Below are positions 1 to 10,286 of a stretch of DNA of 64,000 nt, in pieces. The stretch comes from Amphiscolops sp. MND2022. Lineage: Eukaryota. Below the pieces are notes generated by a model that did no database searches, was not told the DNA's origin, and saw only the letters and a program-made list of their open reading frames with translations. Within the stretch, counting starts at the first letter, position 1, and each line of letters opens with the position of its first letter. The stretch spans positions 85,128,001 through 85,192,000 of the forward strand of contig OZ076409.1 of the NCBI GenBank assembly GCA_964187785.1, in the 5' to 3' direction. Position numbers and translations under genes: made by a program.

Positions 1-1022
1 CCTATGTCGACCCAATTGACTTGAGATTCAGTGCCGGAGGGCCACTGCAAGACTCGATGTTGGCTTTTGTCAACGAATATGCGGCTAGACTGTTCGCAGT
101 TAGTGAGACAGTGTCGAGGGAAGATTCTTTCATCGACGTTATCGGATCTGAAATTGAAAGAGAAATATTGAGCACAATAACCGAAAACACTGAACTACCT
201 GACTTTTCGCTTTCATCATTCGTCGAGTCAGACGAGAGCAATGAAGATAATTTACTGTTAAACGCGGACTTCGCGAACGCACCAAGAAATAGTTATGGTA
301 GGCCAATAGTCGCTGTTCCCCCGATGCGCGCTGGAGAAATAATAGCACAGAGGCCTCCACCGTCACAAAATAATGTCAACAACCACCTGAGTGATCTCCA
401 TAGAAATGGTCCGCTAACACCAGTGCCAATAACTCCAATAGTGATACCCCAAGAAATTCCAATCGCAAATCAACCGCATCAAAATAACCGTACTAGAGGG
501 ATCCTGCAAACGCCCTTAAGGGACCAAAACTTTAACTCAAATACTCAACAGCACATTTCTACCTTGATTGGCCGTGGAGCAATCCCTTTACAACATGCCG
601 GAATAACTAACATACAACATCCTGGTAACCTAGATAACTCTGGATATTATTACAACTCCGCTGGGCAACTATATTCAGACCCACAAGGTGTTCACAACAA
701 CCCCGGTGTAGCTGAGACTTACCCTACCCAAGCATACAGCAGTATGCAGGAACAGCCAATCCACAGAAGGATGCAGCTTAACCCGCCCGTAATGCCGCAC
801 GTTCAGGGGAACTGTCACTGGTGTGGAAAAACCTATGATGAAGTAGCCCTTGACGCCTTAGCAGCTTACACGATTGCCACCGAATACCCAGGTGAAACAG
901 TGCGAGACCGGAACATCAGGTCACGAGCCTATCTAGATGGGTTCGAGGCCGCACTCATTTGCTTCAAAAATGCTGGCCTGTCACAGCCTAGAGCTTGTGC
1001 TGGACCCGTGGAGCAGCGATAG
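1..1022 (+). CDS. 5'-partial ORF (>333 aa) of unknown function, Pro/Gln/Asn-rich with a C-terminal CHWC motif; probably an accessory ORF in the 3' part of an LTR retrotransposon
   Basis: Frame is open from the window edge (YVDPIDLRFSAGG...) to TAG at 1020-1022. Intronless. CHWCGKTY motif near the C-terminus. Lies upstream of a putative LTR. Confidence 0.5.
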   Translation, partial: YVDPIDLRFSAGGPLQDSMLAFVNEYAARLFAVSETVSREDSFIDVIGSEIEREILSTITENTELPDFSLSSFVESDESNEDNLLLNADFANAPRNSYGRPIVAVPPMRAGEIIAQRPPPSQNNVNNHLSDLHRNGPLTPVPITPIVIPQEIPIANQPHQNNRTRGILQTPLRDQNFNSNTQQHISTLIGRGAIPLQHAGITNIQHPGNLDNSGYYYNSAGQLYSDPQGVHNNPGVAETYPTQAYSSMQEQPIHRRMQLNPPVMPHVQGNCHWCGKTYDEVALDALAAYTIATEYPGETVRDRNIRSRAYLDGFEAALICFKNAGLSQPRACAGPVEQR

Positions 1023-1575
1023 AGGCAAATGACCTGGCCATCTGTTATTTCAAACTGGAGGAAACTCATTACTTCTTGAAGCTTGTTTTACATGCATTCA
1101 TATATGACTCTTATACACCAGCATCATTTAAATTTGTCATTATATTTAACTGTGCTCGCAAATTATTACCCATTCATAAACAATTCACTAAATGTTACAA
1201 GGTATTAACCTATTTGATGTATAATACCGCTCAACATGATTTGTAGTGAAATGAATAAATTATACGTGATTTGTATGATGCATTAGTACGTATGGACTTT
1301 GACATTTGAATTAATCCGCCGTACTAAGTTTGCAGCATATTGCAGTACAAAATTGCATTTTTCAACTTTTCGATTATAACTTTTAGAGGTATGACTCATT
1401 GCGTTGACTTAATCATACGTGCTACATTATGTTGAAACCAATATTTGCATTACATATGAGTCATACTACGGTTTGTCACATTCTTCCCATTAACGATAAA
1501 CGGATTGATGCAGTTTTCGTGTTAACCAATCATAGAGAATTATTCGTCATGCAAGATACTATTAATAGATAGTTG

Positions 1576-2480
1576 TGTCATGTAAGAATCTATTTATATA
1601 ATTTTGGAAAATAATGGAGTGCTATTTTTATCCATTACATAAAATGATGTAATAATGATTTCCTAAAAATTGGCTGTCATGCTGCTAAATATAGCCCAAA
1701 TTAAAAAGGAGAGTAAGGAACCCGATAATATTCATTCGACAGAAAAACTCCCAGACTGATCAGACCTCTCTTTTTATCTTCACAATCTTTGTTTTCAACT
1801 TCAATAATTCAACGTTATGCACATTTTCTTCAATCTCATTTCAACCCGATTTCACTTTGTTTCTCAAACTTAATTAAAATTCTTCTCTCCAACATTGCAT
1901 TTTAATCTGGCCAAGATGGGAAACAAGAGAAATAGGAGATCTAGACGAGGACAATCACCTTCACTTGAGAGAGAGTTGAGTGCATCAGAAATAGAGACAT
2001 CACAAGGTAATGAAACTGTTATTGAGACTTTAAGTAATTTTGAAAATGTTAGTTCAGTTAGGGACGAAGAAATAGCCCTAGACAGCGGAACACAAAATGA
2101 AAACGAAATGCAAATTTGGACCCAAAGAATAACAGATAAAACGAACAAAGAAGTAACAAACTTAAGAAAAGAAATGGATGAAAAATTAGAGAAAATACTG
2201 AAAGAGATGAAAAATAACAGAAGAACACAATCCGTACCAAACAGAAGATATCGAGAACAAAACACTCCCAGAGCAGGAACCTCAAAACACATAAGTAATG
2301 AAGACGGTGAAGAAAACGCATCTGGACCAGAAAATCAAGAATGCGAGATACAGGGTAATCCTTTTAGGCCATCTAATTTAAACGAACTAAGAACGCCAAT
2401 GCAACCTTTGAGCATACAAAACATCGATTTAAATGACTCTGTGGTCATTAATGAAGACCGTACACAAGAGGATTATCACA
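1576..2480 (+). mobile_element. Putative LTR (3' LTR of an element extending off the left edge), containing the start of a gag-like ORF
   Basis: Begins TGTCATG and ends TTATCACA (TG...CA). The ORF from 1916 reads to the CA end and stops 8 nt later. The partner LTR is not in the window, so boundaries are inferred. Confidence 0.4.
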
Positions 2481-2488
2481 AGTGCTAA
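1916..2488 (+). CDS. Truncated ORF (MGNKRNRRSRR...), basic N-terminus plus coiled-coil segment; likely gag/ORF1 N-terminus inside the putative LTR
   Basis: 190-codon open frame from ATG 1916; coiled-coil-like EVTNLRKEMDEKLEKILKEMK; ends just beyond the putative LTR end. Confidence 0.4.
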   Translation: MGNKRNRRSRRGQSPSLERELSASEIETSQGNETVIETLSNFENVSSVRDEEIALDSGTQNENEMQIWTQRITDKTNKEVTNLRKEMDEKLEKILKEMKNNRRTQSVPNRRYREQNTPRAGTSKHISNEDGEENASGPENQECEIQGNPFRPSNLNELRTPMQPLSIQNIDLNDSVVINEDRTQEDYHKC

Positions 2489-2837
2489 CTAACAAACCTT
2501 CAAAGCGTCAACTAGCAACAAAAGGCTTTCTAAACAGGCATCAAAAAACTTAGGCGCGTGCTGACACTTGTAATAGGTCACTTGAATGAAAAATTCTTCA
2601 TATTACATGCAATGAGCAATTACTAATGTGGCCTAGTATGGCCGTTGGGCATAACATCACACGTTAGCCACCAACCGAAATAGGTCCGGAGACTGGTTTT
2701 TAAAAGCATCATACTGATTTAACAGTTAATACTACAAACTCTAATATTAATGGCTTTTCATCTTGTAATTGCGATTGTACTTTTAATAAAAGAACTAATT
2801 ACCTCCTGAAAAAAATTAATAGTACCTTGAGAAGGTG

Positions 2838-3076
2838 CTAGCTTTTTTGGCCGGATCACCTAATTACCTAGCTTACTCTACATTTCTCTAAAATTTGGTC
2901 AAATGTCCGTAACCCGCAAAAGATGGTACTGCACTTATACATGCCGTGTAGTGCTTGATTAATAATGTGCTGATAAGTTCCGCAAAATGTACGGGACCTC
3001 ATTCGAACTCAATTTCGTACTTCTACGCAGTGTTGCACACTTGCATAGCAATTATAACTTTTACAGCTATCATCAT
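2838..3076 (-). repeat. Interspersed ~250-bp repeat, copy 1 (Helitron-like end on minus strand)
   Basis: Aligns by eye with 4009-4207 and 6114-6365 (shared GATGGTACTGCACT and CGTACTTCTACGCAGTGTT..CACACTTGCATAGCAATTATAA). Minus strand ends ...GATCCGGCCAAAAAAGCTAG. Confidence 0.7.
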
Positions 3077-4008
3077 AATTCCTCGCATCAAAGTGGAATG
3101 GAACAGACACCCAGGGTATCGTAATTTGTTTACGTTTTGACACGGCTTCGTGTTTTGGATGTGATAGACGGCTCTGAAAAGTGAACCCTGAGGCTGACTG
3201 ATTGGAGTCTCCATCACTGACCCTCTTCCGTGCGGCGGGTTAGTCATAGGTGAATCTGCAATCGGGATGATTGTCTTACACAATTGTATCTTTCCAGAGC
3301 ATCCTCCTTGGCCGGGGCGTAACACAAACTTTCGTTAAAGTAAACTTTACTGAGCTTGGAGTAACCTTGCTAGGCTCTTGCACTAATTCTTTTTTCCGTG
3401 TCGTTGACTGTCGTGGCCCTTCCGTCATTTAGCACCGGGTTGGAGATGACTTCCCTCTCAATCCTTCTCACTAGTTTCTCCGTGTCCGTATACGAGTCAG
3501 ACTCCCAGCCATCTGATTGTTCCTCTTCCTCACTGCTGGGTTATAAACAAAGTGAGTCAACTGATGACGTTGAACTCATTTCTCAGCTTCAAACAGCCGT
3601 TTAGATCGGTTGAATCTAATGCATTATGATTTTTTTCGCAATTTTGAACTGCTTAGAGCAACTGATCTTGGTGAAGATTAAAACAGAACAAATCCTCTGC
3701 CAATCGTCCGACTGAGACAGTTGGTGCGTTTTCTCGGCAATTTTGTTTTGCGATGGAAACCTGGTAAACTGGGCCGAGTCGGTATAAAATTTCTGAATTG
3801 AATTCCTTCGGCTGTCTACAACCTTTGAGTTTCGATTGTTTACCTCTCATCATCATCTATTTCAAGAAAAGTGTGAAAGAGATTTCGAGTAGTTGCCATC
3901 ACAAAAAGTCAACTCAATAGGATATTTAACGGCACGCGTCGCATAACTTTCTTGATATGGCTTCAGCCAATCAAATCCTTCCGTCCATAATTTGAAAAAA
4001 AAATGACA

Positions 4009-4207
4009 TCACTACATTTCGCTGAAGGTTGGTCAAAAGTCCGTAACTGGCAAATGATGGTACTGCACTAACACATTATTGAATAAGAATGTGCTGACAA
4101 GTCTCGTAAATCGTAGAAATCCCAAATCCTCGCTAGTACGGGAGCTCAATCGAACTTGTTTCCGTACTTCTACGCAGTGTTTCACACTTGCATAGCAATT
4201 ATAAATT
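4009..4207 (-). repeat. Interspersed ~250-bp repeat, copy 2 (truncated at both ends)
   Basis: Nearly identical to ~6152-6349. Confidence 0.8.
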
Positions 4208-5088
4208 ACCAATGAATTGGCGGGAAAGAGGAAATACTTCGAGTTAATACACAATGGCGATAATTCTAAACTAACCAAGAAAAAACGGAACAAAACGAAA
4301 CGAACGGAAACTAGAACAGAGTAATATTGCCAAAACAGGCGAAAGTTTCCCAAACTGTAAAGATGGAAGAAGACCTTGTACAATTCGTTGCCAGACTTCA
4401 TGTAAATTTTAATAATGTAAATAATCACCACAAGGTATTAGTCTGTTAAATTTCTTCAGACACGAACTTCAACTTTTCAAATTCAATAAAAATTCTTTCA
4501 AGTTGCTTTATACTGATTTCCAATTCCAACCTTCTTAATCCCTTATCAGTCAATTTCACAGTTGTCCTTGAGACAAGCAGCTTTCGGTCATCACCCGTCG
4601 CCTCCGCTGACTTAACTAGAACGTTTCCTTGAGTGCAGATTATCACAGCAGGCAGATATGACTTAAACGTCAGGTTGGTCGGGGTATTTCTCTTGAACAA
4701 AAACATTGATCAGGTATTTCTGTTTTTAGTTGATTCCTGTTTCTTTTTCAGAATGCACGAAAAGACGCCTTGATAGCTTCGAAAATAATTTCCGGAAGAT
4801 TTCTAACGCGGCAAAATTATCACTTTCAAAAAAACTCACCACAAATTTTCATTCCCTTTCGTTTAAATAAACAGTCAGAAGAGAACGTTAACACATCAGA
4901 TTCTAACGTGAGTTTAACTTCGCTCGAGTCTACTTTGAAGGTCCTCCCGAACACATCTCCCAGAACTACTTCTGACTGCTGATCATTGCAGAGTAAAGCC
5001 CACTCACTTTCTTTCCGATAACTGGCGTCAATTCCTCCTCTGTCTGCGATGCCCCATCCTACCTGGACAAGAGCCTGGTGTCCAATAT

Positions 5089-6113
5089 TTGTTTGATATG
5101 AGCGAAAGTGAGAAGACAGGGGACGACATCAGCCAATTCGGTTGTTCTGTCTATGCTAGGGGTCGCCCCACCGAGACTGAGTCAGGAACCAAAGATGGGA
5201 ATGAATCTGGTTTTGAAGCGCAACAACCATGTTCAACCTTCTTTCATAACCCTACAGCTGTATCATTTGGGTCAGGAGACTACGATTTGTCAGGACGCAG
5301 CAGAGCTATCTTGAAGGAGTACTTCGCTGACACTCACTCCACCGTTTTCAGCCCCGTACGGCAACCTACGGTTGCCTTCAGGGAGCCTCAATTGTATCAC
5401 CTTCATCGAGTGAAACTATGAAACTATTGGTATGTCATTTTCCATCGTTGAACGAATAGTGATTGAAGCGGTAAAGGGCACTCCAGCCTGTGCAAATTCC
5501 AGAACTGAGCACTTCCGAGCACGTAGTGGGTCCCAAACCCCCTTCAGCGATCACCGAGATTATTCCAGTCATGATGGGCTTAGTACCGACTCCGACCTCG
5601 AATCTGGAACAATGGAAGCTTTTAGCACCATTGGCGAGACCGAAGACCAGTATCAATATGAGGAGAGTTAATACAGCGCTGGTGAGATAGCTTTGATTGG
5701 GCAAACGTTCCAGAAATCTTTGCCTCAGAAAACTAAGCCATCAGTTGCCGTGGAATCTTCTGCAATGGCCACGGGCCATAACACTGATTCGATTGGACTT
5801 AGTGGCCCAGATGTCACTCTATCCGAAATTCGAGAGCAGGCTATTTCAGAGAAAGGCCATTCAACCTCCAAACAGAAACGGAATAAGCGGGAGAAGAGAC
5901 TACCTCAGCGAGAGGTCCCCATGCGGGACGAATTCTTCGCCAAAATTGGATGAGCCCGATTATTCATATCCGTTCCAGCGGATCCTTGCACAACGACCAT
6001 TTGACCTGGTGCCATATTTGCAAGAAGAATTTTTCCATGAGAACAAGGGGGACGGAGGAGATCTTGCGCCATCATGGGGCAGAGAAACACCTAAAGAAGG
6101 ATCACAGGTGGTA
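5089..6113 (+). pseudogene. Disrupted transposon-like ORF ending in a C2H2/BED-like zinc finger
   Basis: Successive ORF fragments (5089-5421, 5432-5671, 5693-5953) broken by stops and frameshifts. From ~6006 it reads WCHICKKNFSMRTRGTEEILRHHGAEKHLKKDHRW (CxxC...H-x4/5-H), then is cut by repeat copy 3. Confidence 0.55.
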
Positions 6114-6365
6114 CTAGCTTCTTTGGCCGGATCGGCTAATTACATAGCTTTCACTACAGTTCGCTGATGGTTGGTCAAACGTCCGTAACTGGCAAATGAT
6201 GGTACTGCACTAACACATTAACGAATAAGAATGTGCTGACAAGTCTCGTAAATCGTAGAAATCCCAAATTCTCGCTAGTACGGGAGCTCAATCGAACTTG
6301 TTTCCGTACTTCTACGCAGTGTTTCACACTTGCATAGCAATTATAAATTTTACAGCTCTCATCAT
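6114..6365 (-). repeat. Interspersed ~250-bp repeat, copy 3 (Helitron-like end on minus strand)
   Basis: Minus strand ends GCCG-ATC-CGGC (small hairpin), then CAAAGAAG-CTAG followed by T. Confidence 0.7.
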
Positions 6366-8414
6366 TTTGAACATTTCAGCATATAATAATAGCAGACTAA
6401 TATTTGAAAAATTAAAATCGTCAGAAAATCAATATTAACGTGTATTAATTAAAAAAATCGGTTTCAAAATATAGGGAGTGTACCTGGCGCTAGATCTTGC
6501 TTCCCGGCACATGTTGTGTACCTTGTCCCGTCACAGGCTGCAGCCTGCGACACTAAACAATACGGAGCTAGTAGTAAAAACTACGTGAACACTCTACCAA
6601 TATGGAAAGGAATTTGATTCAAAGTAGTTAGATCGAATTAGATTTCAAATTTATTGACGTATCCTGGCGAATCTTTTCGTTGAATTCTGTCATTTTCCTA
6701 TTGTTTGCGGAACTTTATTTGATTCAATGTAATTCAACCCAAGGTTTTTTAGCATCCGTATTCATTCACGATAATTCATACTTTTCCATTGGAATTTCAA
6801 CTAAAAATGTCCTTGTTAACTCCTGACCTTTCTTTTTACGCTTTTTTTACCGCAAGTACAAGATCAAGTTGTGAAAGAAAATGTGAATCATTTCATGTTT
6901 ATCAGAGCGAAGTAAAAACTGCTTTCTGTTGAAAGTAGAATAAAAGACGAATAAAATACTCTAAACTTTTCTTATTACTTGTATTAAAGTCATCAAATGT
7001 TTTTGTCAGTTGGTTGCTTGACGTTTAGACTAGGGTATCTATCCTCTATAGAGTCCTTATAAGTCACTTTACTCCAATTTGTTTTGTAGAAAAAGATGAC
7101 AAGGATGCTTATTGAAAAACTTGACAATTTAGTTCATTGTTATCAGTTTGTAGACATTTGGAATGACCTTTTGAATAAGAAACAAACTGAACTAATTAGA
7201 CAGTTGAAGTGCGAAAGAATTGCATATCTTGAGGCCTTTCTCGATTTCTGATTAACTACAGTATCTAGTGAACGGCATTTCTAATGGGATAATGATAACC
7301 TTTAATCCAGAAAACAACTGAATATATACCAGCCCTGTGTATACATTATCCTTCATTTCAAAAACTGACATCCAATTCGAATTACGTTATTTTCCAATTA
7401 TTTTCTTTATGTAATCCCCAGATCCAATAGAGCAGATCTTAGCATTCTAAAACTTCTCTTCCAAAATTCTTAGCACTCTCTTCCATCGAATATGGTTAAT
7501 AGCTGATTCTTTCAACGTAGCACTCAGAAACTTTTGTGCTGATTCGTTTCAAAACCCCAATTTCGTTTCGAAATACCCCAATAGTACCACGAAAACGCCA
7601 TTACGTTGAAAATCAAACAATTCTGCATGTCTTGTGTCCTTGAAGATTATCATTGAGAGTTTAGTTGTCAGTTAGCGGAACTATTGTGTTTCTCGGGGTT
7701 GACCAATCTTTGGAAAGAAAATGCGAACAAAGGCACAGTTGGGCGCCATGACGACTTGCAGAACCCTTCTCGAAAAAATGTCACTTCATTCATCATCAGA
7801 CTTAAGTTGACCTGGAAGTAAAGGCATGCATAGAGATTTATAATAGAGAAATGCGAAAGTGTGGGTTCAATTAGCGCAGTTGAATATGTTAAGGTTTTTT
7901 GGCGGCTGTTTGGATGAGAATTTATAACTATTTTAGTTGAAATATTAAACCGCCAATTTGAAACAAGCATATTGGTACCAAACGTTGTTACGGTTTTTCG
8001 TGGGTGCAATTATTCACTGAGTGACCTTCAAATTTTCAAATTAATACCTTTGATTCGCGGCAAAATCCCTTAAGCTTCGTACAGTCGGTACCGAAAAGGA
8101 TAAGAATTCTTATCCATAGCACAAAGCTGATTTTATAATGCAATCATTTTTATACCAAGCTTAGCTTTCAAAACGAATGATAAATCGCAATTTCCCTGAT
8201 TTTTGAATTGACTGTTCGAAAAAATGTGGAAAATTCGTGGCATATGATTGGCTGATTGCAGTCAACAAATACTACTTCAAGTTTTTTACAACCTATTTTG
8301 TGCGCTGATTCGCATTCTGTCTTGAAGGCATTCTTTTTCATTTATGTTCGTCGTGTAGTGAATTTATTTAGTAATTATGACTCCCAGAATTTGAAGCTTT
8401 GAATATTTTTTACA

Positions 8415-8879
8415 ATGGAAAATCAAACAACGTTGGAAGCAATATCAGAGATGGTTGTCTCCGGTGGTCTTGTTGTGGGGTCCTCAGCTGTTGGTGTTTT
8501 TGGAGGCAGACAGCCGGGTGATGGGGGTCAGCGATTACGTCACGGCGGCGGCGGCGGTGGTGGCAGAGGCAACTACGGGAGGGGAGTGTCGGCGGCGAGG
8601 GTGGAGGACACGGCGCTGACTGCAGAGGTGCCCGAGTGGCTGAACTACGTGGAGCTGGGGGTGACGGGCTGCTCGCTGGTGTTCGTGCTGGTGACCAGCT
8701 CGGTGGTGCTGGCAGTTATCGCGTGCACGCCCTCTCTGCACAGAATCCCAGGCATGGTCATGGCCCTGCTCTCCGTCATAGACATCCTGCTGGCCCTGTT
8801 CGACTCCGGCAACATCGTCATCAGACTCGCCGACCAACTCTTCGCCCTCCAACTCAACTACTACCGCATATTCTGCCAA
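8415..8879 (+). CDS. First coding exon of a class A (rhodopsin-like) GPCR: N-terminus, TM1, TM2, ECL1 up to the TM3 cysteine
   Basis: ATG 8415; N-glycosylation sequon NQT; TM1 (LGVTGCSLVFVLVTSSVVLAVIA); ICL1 TPSLHRIPG; TM2 LSVIDIL (LAxxD-type); ...RIFCQ followed by donor CAA|GTTAGT (GT at 8880-8881, phase 0). Strong GC/GC3 enrichment drops right at the donor. Confidence 0.8.
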
Positions 8880-9701
8880 GTTAGTCTCTCTCTCATTCAA
8901 ATAATACATCTGACTGTCATTCAAAAACTGCTATTAAATATTCTACAATAAGGCTTGTTTCAAGTAAATTTGTCATTCCACCAGTTTGGTTCGAAAGATA
9001 TAAACTATGGTATCAATCAGCTAGGTACACCAACACTTGATAAAAAATCAAGACACAGGAAAACTTTAAACATAAACGCTGAAACAAATAAAAAAAATTA
9101 TCCGGTCAAACTTCCATTTGTTTGATGACCTTTACCAGGCGATTCTCATACGATGAGTACAAGTTGCGAACAATTTAAAGGTTTATGTTGTTACACACTT
9201 CCATAACATTTTCTTCTAAACTCTCCCAGGTTGCAATTTGACCTTTTCTTGAAAATGGCTCTAAATATTTTCGACGCCAGGCCTGTAAGCTGGCCAATCG
9301 AGCTTTTTCTATTGCTTTTGGGCCAGAAAATAGAGAACAACTCCATTTTTGTGTACTGGGGCGTTATCTTGTTGGAACACCAAGTCTGGTAATTTCAAAT
9401 GTCGATCGTATTGTTTTAAACTCACTAAATATCTGGAACTGTTGAGTGTTGCTGGGCATTTTCCTGCCATCTGATCCGATGACAAACCAGAATATCATAG
9501 ATCTTTTGTCTGCGTTAGTCCGTGTGTGTTTTTGGGGTCAAAAACGACAACCATTTTTCCAAACCACCCGCACAACGCAGTCACTGTTCGAGCGCACACG
9601 GGTTTTGTCTGATAATACAACGTTTATCAAATACAAATACGCTTTCCCAGAAGCGTAGTTTATATCCAGTCAAAACTCGGAACGATAAAATCTCAAGTGG
9701 A

Positions 9702-10286
9702 AACAAGACGGGAACCTCCAAAATCGGCGCTATATCTGAGGCTCAAAAAGCGCAAAGTGTTTAAAACTGTAAATAGGAACCCTTCGGGCTTTTTGAGAAT
9801 CCAAATTTTTTGCAAAATTTCAAAAAAAATTGAAGGGGGACCCTTTGGAGACAAAGAAATTTCGATATTTTTCGAAGTTTTTTAGAAAAAAAACGAAAAA
9901 TGAGAAATTTGAACAGTCTCATACTGCCAAAATACTCAAACGGGGAGACCCATTGGGCTTTTGGCACTTTAGTTTGCTGCAAAGAATCAAAAAAATTTAA
10001 GCATGGGACCCTTTGAAGGCAAAAAAAAAATTGAAAAAAGTAGCACAGTGCCGAACAAAATGAAAGAGGGGACCTGCAGTCTCGTTCGCTTTCGCAAATG
10101 CTCGATAGAAATTCTGGCTAAAGCAAAGACTCGAACTGTGACCGCTGGGTTCACCGTAAATCGAGTAAAGTCTGTACTGGAAAGTGGTACATACACAAAG
10201 AGGTCTGTGGTCTGACGAAAAAAAAGAGAAAAAACTAGCCACTATAATAGTCGGGCTCTTTTCACTAGAAAAGCTACGACTAAAAA
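9702..10286 (-). mobile_element. Non-autonomous Helentron (HINE/DINE-1-like) copy
   Basis: Family ends present: ACAAGACGGGAACC..AATCGGCGCTATATCTGAGGCTCAAAAA and GCCACTATAATAGTCGGGCTCTTTTCACTAGAAAAGCTACGACTAAAAA; internal degenerate repeats with CATAGTGCC and GGGGGACCCTTT. Confidence 0.65.

Noticed and set aside
6300..6370. Hammerhead ribozyme / Penelope pLTR in the 250-bp repeat
   Set aside because: The minus strand has ATGATGA rather than the CTGATGA core, and I could not build the three stems.
8535..8924. Alternative-frame and antisense ORFs over the GPCR exon
   Set aside because: Expected shadows of GC-rich coding sequence; only the 8415 frame gives GPCR motifs.
8880..8951. C-terminal 23 aa of the 178-aa ORF as coding
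   Set aside because: Lies after the GT donor, where composition switches to AT-rich; most likely intron read-through.
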